NCBI GenBank assembly: GCA_002779075.1
Contig: PEXK01000054.1
Location: forward strand, 1-15,217
Direction: 5' to 3'
From: Candidatus Diapherotrites archaeon CG08_land_8_20_14_0_20_30_16
Lineage (GTDB): Archaea > Iainarchaeota > Iainarchaeia > Iainarchaeales > 0-14-0-20-30-16
DNA length: 15,217 bases
Under the pieces are notes generated by a model. It did no database searches. It saw nothing but the letters and a program-made list of their open reading frames with translations, and was not told the origin of the DNA. Shown piece by piece: positions 1 to 7,836 of the stretch. Positions within the stretch are counted from its first letter, which is position 1; each line of letters begins with the position of its first letter. The position numbers were made by a program, and so were the translations under genes.

Positions 1-12
1 AAAAAGGCCGGA

Positions 13-84
13 GCGATAGTAGTCTAGTGGTTAGGATAGAAGATTGCCAATCTTCAGACCCGGGTTCAAGTCCCGGCTTTCGCA
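13..84 (+). tRNA. tRNA-Gly (anticodon GCC)
   Basis: Hand-folded cloverleaf. Acceptor GCGATAG/CTTTCGC has one U-U mismatch. D arm is GTCT-AGTGGTTA-GGAT. Anticodon stem GAAGA/TCTTC carries loop TTGCCAA, placing GCC at 34-36. Variable loop is 4 nt, T arm is CCGGG-TTCAAGT-CCCGG, discriminator is A, and no CCA is encoded. Confidence 0.85.
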
Positions 85-110
85 TGACACAAAAAAAGAG
101 TTGATAATAT

Positions 111-269
111 ATGACTATGTTTCAGGAAGCTAATGAAAGAATAATAAAAGATGTTTGGATATGCATGCATTGTGGTGCAAAACAAAGAAATCCAAAAGGC
201 AAACCTAAAAAGTGCACAAAATGTACAAGATCTGAATTCAGAATAAAACACAAAGCAAAGAAAAAGTAA
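111..269 (+). CDS. rpl40e: 50S ribosomal protein L40e (52 aa), below the ORF-track length cutoff
   Basis: My translation from ATG 111 to TAA 267-269 gives MTMFQEANERIIKDVWICMHCGAKQRNPKGKPKKCTKCTRSEFRIKHKAKKK. It is a small, very basic protein with a C-x2-C ... C-x2-C zinc ribbon and the ICM-x-CGA core typical of archaeal L40e. The listed minus-strand ORF 66..275 overlapping it is low-complexity and overlaps the tRNA. Confidence 0.8.
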   Translation: MTMFQEANERIIKDVWICMHCGAKQRNPKGKPKKCTKCTRSEFRIKHKAKKK

Positions 270-289
270 CATCAATTAACAGGTGTTTG

Positions 290-325
290 CCTCTGAATGG
301 CTTGCGTTAGCAAGAGCTTCTGAGG
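290..325. terminator. Imperfect 36-nt hairpin between convergent genes (L40e on plus, pilin operon on minus)
   Basis: CCTCTGAATGGCTTGC-GTTA-GCAAGAGCTTCTGAGG forms about 12 base pairs with internal mismatches and a GTTA loop. It sits between the two converging stop codons. No strong T-run follows it, so terminator function is uncertain. Confidence 0.25.
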
Positions 326-352
326 TATAAGTGCATGACAAAATTACACAAT

Positions 353-1165
353 CTATCTGGCATGCACTTTGCCGATATATTTAGAATCATTCAGAATATA
401 ATTTAAATCTGCATTGTAATATGCAGACTTTATTTCTGAATTTGATGTTGCGTCTAAGTTTACATCTGCTGTATATGTGCTTGAAAAATCACCATCAATA
501 ACAAGCACACCATTTATTAAATTGTCTTTGCACACATTTATTTTTAATTTATCAAACCCATAGTTTACTGTAAAAGAATTTGTTGAACACAATGCTGAGC
601 CATTTATATAACCAGAATTGGAATATGTTCCGTTTAAATCAGAATAATTTAAAGTAACATAAACGCCAGATATAGAATATGTCCAAACAGTTCTGGAAGT
701 ATAATAATTATTAACACTTATATTGAGAATATAATTAAGATCTGAAATTGGAATAACTTTTATTATTTTATTGTTATAATCAAATTCAAAAGTATGATTG
801 TCAAAAAATATCTCTGCTTTTCCATCTGTTAAACCGTCAGCATTTACATTCAAATCTCCGCCAGCTAAATTTTCAAAAACATTGTTGTAAAACGTTTCAA
901 AGGAGGATAAAGCAAAAAAGTTTTTGTCACCATTCAAATTGATTTCAAATTCAACAGTTTTATTTTTTAAGACTGTGTTAATATCAAAAAAATTAGATAT
1001 ATTTGAAGAAATGTTTCCGCTAACAAAATCTACTTTTTTTAATTCTAAAAAGTCAAGGTTTAAATTTTTATATTCTTCGTTTGAATTAAACAAAAAAAGA
1101 GAGTAACCTAAAAGGACTCCAGAAATTGCAATTGCTATTAAACTAAAAATAAAACCTCTTCGCAT
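353..1165 (-). CDS. Pilin-like protein with a class III (prepilin-type) signal peptide; last gene of the minor-pilin operon
   Basis: ORF 353..1222 trimmed to ATG 1165 (MRRGFIFSLIAIAISGVLLG...). The start is preceded by GGTGA and lies just downstream of the upstream gene's TGA (1170-1172). The N-terminus is a short basic stretch, then G|F, then about 20 hydrophobic residues. The remainder is N/S/T-rich with many N-x-S/T sequons. Stop is TAG. An alternative start is ATG 1177. Confidence 0.7.
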   Translation of the reverse strand: MRRGFIFSLIAIAISGVLLGYSLFLFNSNEEYKNLNLDFLELKKVDFVSGNISSNISNFFDINTVLKNKTVEFEINLNGDKNFFALSSFETFYNNVFENLAGGDLNVNADGLTDGKAEIFFDNHTFEFDYNNKIIKVIPISDLNYILNISVNNYYTSRTVWTYSISGVYVTLNYSDLNGTYSNSGYINGSALCSTNSFTVNYGFDKLKINVCKDNLINGVLVIDGDFSSTYTADVNLDATSNSEIKSAYYNADLNYILNDSKYIGKVHAR

Positions 1166-1169
1166 TCCT

Positions 1170-1565
1170 TCACCCATACCACAAAATAACTCTAATATAA
1201 TAAATCGATTCGTCGTATACAAAAGATCTATATATGCTTATTTTATCCGAACTGCCATAGCATTCTCTTTTTTCAACAGATACTGTAGATTGTTGTGCAT
1301 CATAAACTATTATTGCTCCACAGACATTCACTGGCAAATTATTTACAAAAACCCTTAAATCTTTTGAAGTTTTATTGGCTATTGTATTTGTTAAAACATT
1401 TGATTTTTCCAAAGAAGTAGATACATCTTGTGCAAGTATTTGAAGTGGGAAATAATTTTTTTCTTTGACATGAAGCCCACAAAAAGTAATTGCTACAGTT
1501 ACTGAAATAAAAACTATTAATATTGCAATTATTAAATCCAATGTAATGACAAAACCTTTTTTCAT
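1170..1565 (-). CDS. Small pilin-like protein with a class III signal peptide (MKKG|FVITLDLIIAILIVFISV)
   Basis: ORF 1170..1571 as listed starts at GTG. The ATG at 1565 overlaps the upstream stop in an ATGA arrangement, indicating translational coupling. The N-terminus is basic, then G, then a long hydrophobic helix. Confidence 0.7.
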   Translation of the reverse strand: MKKGFVITLDLIIAILIVFISVTVAITFCGLHVKEKNYFPLQILAQDVSTSLEKSNVLTNTIANKTSKDLRVFVNNLPVNVCGAIIVYDAQQSTVSVEKRECYGSSDKISIYRSFVYDESIYYIRVILWYG

Positions 1566-2059
1566 TTCCACACCTTCACAATAATTTTAAGAGGGTTTTG
1601 ATTCAATACGCAATACCTGATTACTGTAGAAATTGCTGAACTATTAGAGGGAAAAACACCAAATTCATAAAGCTGATTTCCATTTGTAGCATCTATAAAA
1701 GATATATACAAATTATATTGACCTAGCCCAAACTTATCTTTTACTGCAGAATATTGCAAATTATAATCTAGGAATTTTTGTAATTTGTTTACGTCTAATT
1801 CATTGTTTGTTTTCGCGAGGCCCATAACTTTTACATTTGTTAAATCTAAATCTTGCCAATTAGTTGGAACTCCTTTTGAATTTACCAAAATCTCAGAAGT
1901 GTTAAAAGCAAAATTATAACTTTTTTTATCCATACTTTCAAAATCTATTACCCTTTGAATATCTGAAAAAGAAGTTAAAATGATTATTAAAAGCAAACAA
2001 AAAGTAGCAGTCACAAACAAAAATTCAGTAGTTAAAAATTGGCCTCTAGTCTGCATCAT
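1562..2059 (-). CDS. Pilin-like protein with a class III signal peptide, Q+1 type (MMQTRGQ|FLTTEFLFVTATF...)
   Basis: 165-aa ORF. The N-terminal R-G-Q motif is followed by x-x-x-E-F and a hydrophobic stretch, matching the archaeal class III signal/EppA-type pattern. It overlaps both neighbouring genes in the same operon. Confidence 0.75.
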   Translation of the reverse strand: MMQTRGQFLTTEFLFVTATFCLLLIIILTSFSDIQRVIDFESMDKKSYNFAFNTSEILVNSKGVPTNWQDLDLTNVKVMGLAKTNNELDVNKLQKFLDYNLQYSAVKDKFGLGQYNLYISFIDATNGNQLYEFGVFPSNSSAISTVIRYCVLNQNPLKIIVKVWK

Positions 2060-2477
2060 AAATCACTATCACATTGTTGGCTTTTTTTATCAATATCGCT
2101 TCACAGTCACTACAAGCAAAGTTAACATCTGTTGTAATTAAAGGAAAATCCAAATATGCTTGAGATTCAGGAAATATAATCTGCAATTTATAATTATCTA
2201 TATTGAAGTTATAATCAAATTTGTGTGCCAGCAAAAGAATTTTCTCAGAACCATTTTCCATTAATTGGATTTGATTAATCAGGCCCCCTAATTTTTCAAC
2301 AATTCTTTGGGCTTCTATATTTTTTTCTTGTTCTATTGTTATTGAACTTCTTGTCCAACTCACAGATATTCCATAAACTAATAGTAAAAATAAAACCCCA
2401 AAAATAATCAAGAATTCAATGCTTGTCTGGCCTTTTGTTTTCTTATGCTGGAAGTGTTTCAAACACATATATATCAT
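2046..2477 (-). CDS. Pilin-like protein with a class III signal peptide, Q+1 type (...HKKTKGQ|TSIEFLIIFGVLFLLLV)
   Basis: 143-aa ORF. The KGQ-x-S-x-EF-LII motif is TadE/Epd minor-pilin-like. The start is ambiguous (ATG 2477 or ATG 2468), and either overlaps the end of the 513-aa gene. Stop is TAG. Confidence 0.75.
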   Translation of the reverse strand: MIYMCLKHFQHKKTKGQTSIEFLIIFGVLFLLLVYGISVSWTRSSITIEQEKNIEAQRIVEKLGGLINQIQLMENGSEKILLLAHKFDYNFNIDNYKLQIIFPESQAYLDFPLITTDVNFACSDCEAILIKKANNVIVIYDAD

Positions 2478-3984
2478 CTACTTCTAAACTTGCAATCTGA
2501 TTATTATTAGAATTTCTTGAAAACATTATCCAGAAAAATGGATAATTTGTATAATTTGACAAATCAATTTTATAAAAAGCATAGGTTGCGTTTGAATTTG
2601 TTACATCCCATTTTTTAACAGTGTTCCAGATTAAATAATTTGTACTTATTTTCATATATGCTTCATCGCCAGGGATAAAACCAGTTATTTTTGCCCAAAA
2701 TTCTAATTTTGGTTTCTGCCTGAATAAAAAGGTCAGAGACCTGTTTACACTGCCCCCTTTCAATACTTGCATATGATATGACGGACTATGTGGGTTGTCA
2801 GTACTTATTATTGATACCTGCCCTGTTTTGTACCAATCATCTAACCATCCAGAACCACCTTTGTAATTCGCAGTAGGAAAATTATCATATGCTATTTGAT
2901 GCCATTTATAAGGCAAAACATTTACATTCATATCTATTGTTGCTGTTTGTGCATCACTTGATTCTAATGTAATCCTGCCCATATACAACCCAGTAGCATA
3001 AGTTATAGACGGTGTAAATGCAACATCTTTGGATAAACAGGAATTAAATGGCAAAACAGATATTGGAGATACTGGAAAAATAAATTTATTTATATCATAA
3101 TTATCAGTTGTTAATGTAATATTATTCAAATCACCAGCAGTAATATTGCAAACAGTAAATGTAACTGTTTCTGTGTCGCCTTTGTAAACACTAATTGTTT
3201 TTGCGGGGGGATTTACAAAGATTTTTCCCACTGTTCCTGAACCATAGCCAGAAACAACATCAACAGTAATCAACACATCGATATTTATATCTTCAAAGGT
3301 ATTGAAATCTACACAAAATCTTAAATTCCCAAAATACAATCCTGATGCTAAAGCATTTGTATTAATATCAACATTAACTGTTTTTGTTTCTGTTTGCGAC
3401 AAACCAAATTGGTTTGTATCTATTATTAAATTTACTGGTGGATTGTTCCATGTTAAATAAACATTAACATTTGTAGATTCATCAGAATAATTAGTTATGC
3501 TGATGGGGTCCCTAAAAAATGCATTTTTTGCCATTAATTCATACAAAACTTCTTTGTTAACAACAACAATAGACGGGCTAATCAAAACATAATCTGGATA
3601 CGTTCTCAAATAAAGGTAATGCCCCCCTTTGGATCTTGGCAGATCACCAATAAGATTAATATCTGCTTTGGACCAAAGTGTAGAACCAAAAAGGCCAATA
3701 TATGCTGTACTGTTTTGAACACCAGTGTCATTGAAATCAACGCCACCAGGAACATAAAAATATATTTTTTTGGTTGCCCCTACTCCTTGAAAATATACTT
3801 CATTCGCTGCTTTTGTTAAGGTATCTAAATAATATTGTGTTGTTTTTTGCACAGTGTCCTTGTCTTGAGATATTAAATAGGAAGAACTATACGCAAACAG
3901 CAAAAGAAAAAATAATAGGGCTATTCCAAAAATAACTAAAAATTCAACAGACGATTGTGCTTTCTCTAATTTGTGTTTTGTCAT
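2443..3984 (-). CDS. Large (513 aa) pilin-like protein: class III signal peptide, beta-sandwich-like repeats and an aromatic-rich C-terminal domain; candidate pilus-associated adhesin
   Basis: The N-terminus is MTKHKLEKAQ|SSVEFLVIFGIALLFFLLLF. The middle region has repeated all-beta-looking segments with a recurring G-L-Y-x-G-x-(I/L)-(R/T) signature (ASGLYFGNLRF, ATGLYMGRITL). The C-terminal ~150 aa are W/Y/F-rich (WHQIAYDNF...GGSGWLDDWYKTG...FWAKITG...YAFYKIDLSNYTNYPFFWIMF). It is the first gene of the minus-strand operon, starting at ATG 3984 preceded by GTGAGAAT. Confidence 0.75.
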   Translation of the reverse strand: MTKHKLEKAQSSVEFLVIFGIALLFFLLLFAYSSSYLISQDKDTVQKTTQYYLDTLTKAANEVYFQGVGATKKIYFYVPGGVDFNDTGVQNSTAYIGLFGSTLWSKADINLIGDLPRSKGGHYLYLRTYPDYVLISPSIVVVNKEVLYELMAKNAFFRDPISITNYSDESTNVNVYLTWNNPPVNLIIDTNQFGLSQTETKTVNVDINTNALASGLYFGNLRFCVDFNTFEDINIDVLITVDVVSGYGSGTVGKIFVNPPAKTISVYKGDTETVTFTVCNITAGDLNNITLTTDNYDINKFIFPVSPISVLPFNSCLSKDVAFTPSITYATGLYMGRITLESSDAQTATIDMNVNVLPYKWHQIAYDNFPTANYKGGSGWLDDWYKTGQVSIISTDNPHSPSYHMQVLKGGSVNRSLTFLFRQKPKLEFWAKITGFIPGDEAYMKISTNYLIWNTVKKWDVTNSNATYAFYKIDLSNYTNYPFFWIMFSRNSNNNQIASLEVDDIYVFETLPA

Positions 3985-4094
3985 ATTCTCACTTTAATTC
4001 CCTCAATTCACATAAATAACAAACTAAATTATATAAACCTTAATATTATATATATGTTATAAATATATGTTGGAAAAAAATTTGTTGTGAGATA
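3985..4094. promoter_or_regulatory. Divergent intergenic promoter region between the minor-pilin operon and the ATPase operon
   Basis: This 110-bp, very AT-rich spacer holds several TATA-box-like stretches (TTATATAAACC, ATATTATATATATGTTATAAATATAT). Both flanking ATGs are preceded by a similar GTGAGA(A/T)A motif. Exact boxes and transcription start sites cannot be placed by eye. Confidence 0.35.
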
Positions 4095-5828
4095 ATGGTT
4101 TTTGAAAACACAAAAATAGATGATTTATTTGGTTTACTTGTAAAACATAAAGAAATAAGTCTAAAAGAACTATCCGAAAGATTAAATTATTCTATAGAAA
4201 CAATAGAAAAAATAGGACTAAGATTTGAAAAACAAGGCATAGTTGAAATGGTATATCCTGTTATAGGAAATCCTAAGATCAAGATTTTAAAACAAATGTA
4301 CAAAGAGAAAGAAGAAGAAATAGAAGGAAAGATATTTGATCATTATAATATAGTTTCTGATCACATTCTTTGCCACGTAAAACTAATTGAAGCAAAAGCA
4401 AATAAAGAAAAAGAATACTCTTTGGATACTGCTAAGTTCAAACCATATACTGATTTATTTTTAGAATCTTTAAGGGACGAAATTACAGATAAAGTTAATT
4501 TAGAAGTTACAGATATGATGGATAATCAGACAGTATCAAAACTAAAGGCTGATTTTTTTGCAACTGCAAAAATTATTTTCCAAGAATATTTTCCAGAAGA
4601 ACATCAAATAAAGATAATTTGTGCAGAAATGTTGCATAGAATGTATGGCCTAGGAAAAATAGAAGTTCTCTTAAATGATCCCCATATAGAAGAAATAGCT
4701 TTAAATTCGTCAAAAACTGAAGTGTGTATTTATCACAAAAAATATGGTTGGCTAAAAACAAATATTTTACCAGCTTCTGAAGAAATGATTGCGAACTATT
4801 CTGAACAAGTAGGTCGAAAAGTAGGAAGAGAAATAACTACTTTGAATCCCATACTTGATGCACATTTGCCTGGTGGAAATAGAGTAAATGCAACACTAAC
4901 CCCGATATCTGCTTTTGGAAATACTATGACTATTAGAAAATTTGCAACAAGACCCTGGACTGTTGTTGATTTTATAGGACAACAAAAAACTATGAATACA
5001 GAAATGGCAGCAATACTTTGGATTGCAATGCATTACGAACTAAACATCTTGGTTGCAGGAGGCACAGCATCAGGAAAAACTAGTGCGCTCAACGCGTTTT
5101 GTGCATTTATTCCGAGTAACAACAGAATCATTTCAATTGAAGATGTAAGAGAAATCCAACTCCCAGAACATTTGATATGGAATTGGGTACCTATGGTTAC
5201 AAGAAACCCTAATCCAGAAGGCTTGGGACAAGTATCTATGTTGGATTTAATGCAGACTTCTTTGAGAATGAGACCTGATAGAATAATAGTTGGAGAAATC
5301 AGAAGACAAAAAGAAGCAGAAGTATTATTTGAAGCAATGCACACTGGGCACAGTACTTATAGTACAATGCATGCAAACAATAGCCGCCAAGTTGTAAGAC
5401 GATTAACAGAAAAGCCCCTAGAAATCCCAACTTTAGAAATTGAGGCAATAGATCTTTTATTAGTACAATACAGAGATAGAAGAAAAAATCTTAGAAGAAC
5501 ATATGAATTATCTGAAATAGAAACAGGAGTTTCAAATGACCAATTATCTATAAATACAATATACAAATGGTCTGCAAGAGATGATGCCTTTGATAAAATT
5601 GCAGAACCTGCAAAATTTATTAGACAATTAAATTTGTATACCGGCATGACCGAATCTGAAATAAAAACTGAAATCAAAAATAGAGCAAGAATCTTAGAAT
5701 GGATGAATAATCACAATTTAAGCGATATATCTGATGTTGGAAAAATAATGGTTCTCTTTTATTCTAACCAGAAATTGGTGTCTAACTTTGCAAAATTAGA
5801 CAAAGATCCAAAAGAGTTGTTTGAGTGA
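4095..5828 (+). CDS. Type II/IV secretion-family ATPase (FlaI/PilB/EpdL/TadA-like) with an N-terminal wHTH-like extension
   Basis: 577 aa. Walker A is VAGGTASGKTS, the Walker B/Asp region is RPDRIIVGEIR, and the His box is EAMHTGHSTYSTMHA. Together these are the T2SSE/VirB11-like signature. The first ~65 aa (LLVKHKEISLKELSERLNYSIETIEKIGLRFEKQGIVEMVYPV) read as a winged helix-turn-helix. Confidence 0.9.
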   Translation: MVFENTKIDDLFGLLVKHKEISLKELSERLNYSIETIEKIGLRFEKQGIVEMVYPVIGNPKIKILKQMYKEKEEEIEGKIFDHYNIVSDHILCHVKLIEAKANKEKEYSLDTAKFKPYTDLFLESLRDEITDKVNLEVTDMMDNQTVSKLKADFFATAKIIFQEYFPEEHQIKIICAEMLHRMYGLGKIEVLLNDPHIEEIALNSSKTEVCIYHKKYGWLKTNILPASEEMIANYSEQVGRKVGREITTLNPILDAHLPGGNRVNATLTPISAFGNTMTIRKFATRPWTVVDFIGQQKTMNTEMAAILWIAMHYELNILVAGGTASGKTSALNAFCAFIPSNNRIISIEDVREIQLPEHLIWNWVPMVTRNPNPEGLGQVSMLDLMQTSLRMRPDRIIVGEIRRQKEAEVLFEAMHTGHSTYSTMHANNSRQVVRRLTEKPLEIPTLEIEAIDLLLVQYRDRRKNLRRTYELSEIETGVSNDQLSINTIYKWSARDDAFDKIAEPAKFIRQLNLYTGMTESEIKTEIKNRARILEWMNNHNLSDISDVGKIMVLFYSNQKLVSNFAKLDKDPKELFE

Positions 5829-5830
5829 TA

Positions 5831-6721
5831 ATGGTGAGAATTAGATTTCTGTTATTTAGTATGGAACAATGCCAAAAAATAAACAGACACTTTTTGGGGA
5901 TTGGCAGAAAAATTGGTTTGTTTTTTCCAACATTAAGATATGATTTGGAATCTTCAGAACTTATCAATGATTATGACCATTATTTAACTGCTGCATTTTT
6001 TTCTGCATTAGTTTATGGTTTAGCGGCTTTTATTTTGTTTTTCTGTTTGTTTTTTATAAAAAATAAAGGTTATAACCCCAGTGGATTATTATATTCAATA
6101 ATTATAGGGTTTGTCTTTTTCCTGGTTTTTTTGCTACTGCACGCATATTATCCAAAAATTATGTCACAAAAAATAGCAAGAGATACAGATACTGGACTAA
6201 TATCTGTTTTGAGAAATATTATAATTATGATATCGTCAGGAATTAGTTTGTATGGTGCAATATCCAATGTTGCAAAATCAAAACAAGGTAAAATCAGCGA
6301 AGAATTTTCAGAAGTAGTAAAAGACATCAATGCAGGAATTGGTGAAGTAAAAGCATTAGAAAGGCTGGCAGTAAAAACAAAATCAGAGTTATTAAAAAAA
6401 TTCTGTTGGCAACTAATCAATTCTTTAAATAGTGGTGCACCAGTAGCTAATGCTTTAAGAACTGTTTTGGATACTGCAATAAATACACAAAAAAGGGCAA
6501 TAAAAAATTATTCTGCAGAACTGAATTTGTGGATTTTGATATATTTGCTTCTGGCCGCTGCATTGCCGACATTAGGAATAATTGTATTTGTAATTTTTTC
6601 ATCTATAGGCGGTAGTTCGGTAGGCGTAGGACATCTAATAGGCATTGTTGTTTTGTCTGTAATAATGCAAATTGTTTTAATTGGATTTGTAAAGAGCAGG
6701 GTGCCAAAGGTATATTTATGA
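5831..6721 (+). CDS. Pilus platform membrane protein with a single T2SSF domain (TadB/EpdJ-like)
   Basis: Polytopic membrane protein with a cytoplasmic helical T2SSF-like block (VLRNIIIMISSGISLYGAISNVAKS...EFSEVVKDINAGIGEVKALERLA...LINSLNSGAPVANALRTV) flanked by TM helices. The ORF track starts it at GTG 5825. I prefer ATG 5831, two nt after the ATPase TGA, though ATG 5861 is also possible. Its stop overlaps the next gene's start as ATGA. Confidence 0.8.
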   Translation: MVRIRFLLFSMEQCQKINRHFLGIGRKIGLFFPTLRYDLESSELINDYDHYLTAAFFSALVYGLAAFILFFCLFFIKNKGYNPSGLLYSIIIGFVFFLVFLLLHAYYPKIMSQKIARDTDTGLISVLRNIIIMISSGISLYGAISNVAKSKQGKISEEFSEVVKDINAGIGEVKALERLAVKTKSELLKKFCWQLINSLNSGAPVANALRTVLDTAINTQKRAIKNYSAELNLWILIYLLLAAALPTLGIIVFVIFSSIGGSSVGVGHLIGIVVLSVIMQIVLIGFVKSRVPKVYL

Positions 6722-7779
6722 CTTTTTATAATAATTTGTGCAAAAAAATAGGAACTATTGTTCCAAAGAAATATAAAAATGATGAATTATACCCTAAGAT
6801 GAGATTTGCAGGAATAAATGAAGATTTTGATTATTATGTTGGATCAAAAATAATATTGATTATAATTTTGTTTCTCATTGGTTTTATTTTGCCAATCACT
6901 TTGTTTAGAATTATAGGTATAACAGATAGTTTGGGGCAGGTATTAATAAAAATTGCTGAATATTCTTTTAGTCTGCATTGGCTGATTGTAGGAATAATCT
7001 TGGGGCTGGTTTTCTTTTTGATTCCTGCAATAATTTATTATATGCGAATTTTGTACATTATTCAAATGCGTGCAAAAATGGTTGAAGAAGTTTTGCCAGA
7101 TTTTTTGTTTTTAGTTTCAAACAATATAAATGCAGGTATGACTACCTTTTCTGCAGTTAGTAATAGTACAAGAAAGGAATTTGGCTTATTAAACGAAGAA
7201 ATAAAACAGGCATTATCCAAATCTATGGGCCAAGAATCTTTTACTGACTCTTTAAAAGAATTGAACTATAGAATAAATTCACAGATGTTAAAAGAAACAA
7301 TATCCTTTTTTTCTGAAGCTATGAAATCAGGCGGCAAATTAGCAAAATTATTGGAGAATACAGCATCAGATTTAAGGCAAAGGCAGGAATTAAAAAAAGA
7401 ATTAAAAAGCAGTACAAAAATGTACGTAATGTTTGTCCTTTTTATTATTTTAATTGCAACACCTTTACTATTATCAATCTCTGTTCAATTTCTAAAAACT
7501 ATTGAAGGGCTGCAAAATACTGGTCTGCAGGAAGCAGTACAGATGACGCAGGTATCGTTTTTAGGTGGCAAGTTGTTAATAAGTCCTGAATTTATGAAAT
7601 TCATGGCTTATATTGTACTATTTATTAATTCTATGTTGGCGTCTTTGTTTATGGGCCTTTTAGGAGATTCAAAATTAACGCAAGGCGTAAAATACTTCCC
7701 AGTTCTGTTTTTTATTTCTACTGTTTTATTTACTTTAGGTACAATAATTTTGCCTAATTTCCTAGGAGCCTTGCAATAG
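6718..7779 (+). CDS. Second pilus platform membrane protein with a single T2SSF domain (TadC/EpdK-like)
   Basis: 353 aa with N-terminal TM helices. The T2SSF-like block is VEEVLPDFLFLVSNNINAGMTTFSAVSNS...EEIKQALSKSMGQESFTDSLKELNYRI...EAMKSGGKLAKLLENTASDL, followed by C-terminal TM helices. The start is coupled to the upstream gene as ATGA. Stop is TAG. Confidence 0.8.
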   Translation: MTFYNNLCKKIGTIVPKKYKNDELYPKMRFAGINEDFDYYVGSKIILIIILFLIGFILPITLFRIIGITDSLGQVLIKIAEYSFSLHWLIVGIILGLVFFLIPAIIYYMRILYIIQMRAKMVEEVLPDFLFLVSNNINAGMTTFSAVSNSTRKEFGLLNEEIKQALSKSMGQESFTDSLKELNYRINSQMLKETISFFSEAMKSGGKLAKLLENTASDLRQRQELKKELKSSTKMYVMFVLFIILIATPLLLSISVQFLKTIEGLQNTGLQEAVQMTQVSFLGGKLLISPEFMKFMAYIVLFINSMLASLFMGLLGDSKLTQGVKYFPVLFFISTVLFTLGTIILPNFLGALQ

Positions 7780-7782
7780 AAA

Positions 7783-7830
7783 AGTTTTTAAATTAGCATA
7801 ATATATGTATAAATAACAAAAACGAGGTGA
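7783..7830 (+). promoter_or_regulatory. Candidate promoter (TATA-like boxes) and Shine-Dalgarno site for the major pilin gene
   Basis: TATA-like TTTTTAAATT (7785-7794) and TGTATAAATA (7806-7815) lie upstream. GAGGTGA (7824-7830) sits 6 nt upstream of the GTG start and matches the GGAGGTGA-type archaeal SD. Confidence 0.35.
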
Positions 7831-7836
7831 TATGAA

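Noticed and set aside
66-275. Listed 69-aa minus-strand ORF
   Set aside because: It overlaps the tRNA-Gly 3' half and is antisense to a recognisable L40e gene. The protein is low-complexity F/L/C-rich, typical of the reverse complement of an AT-rich lysine-rich gene.
924-6420. Short ORFs nested antisense or out of frame inside the pilin-like, ATPase and platform genes (924..1106+, 3619..3819+, 4573..4761-, 5033..5344-, 5357..5677-, 5782..5967-, 6148..6420-)
   Set aside because: Each lies entirely within a longer ORF that has clear family motifs. None has recognisable motifs or a start context. Such shadow ORFs are expected in AT-rich DNA.
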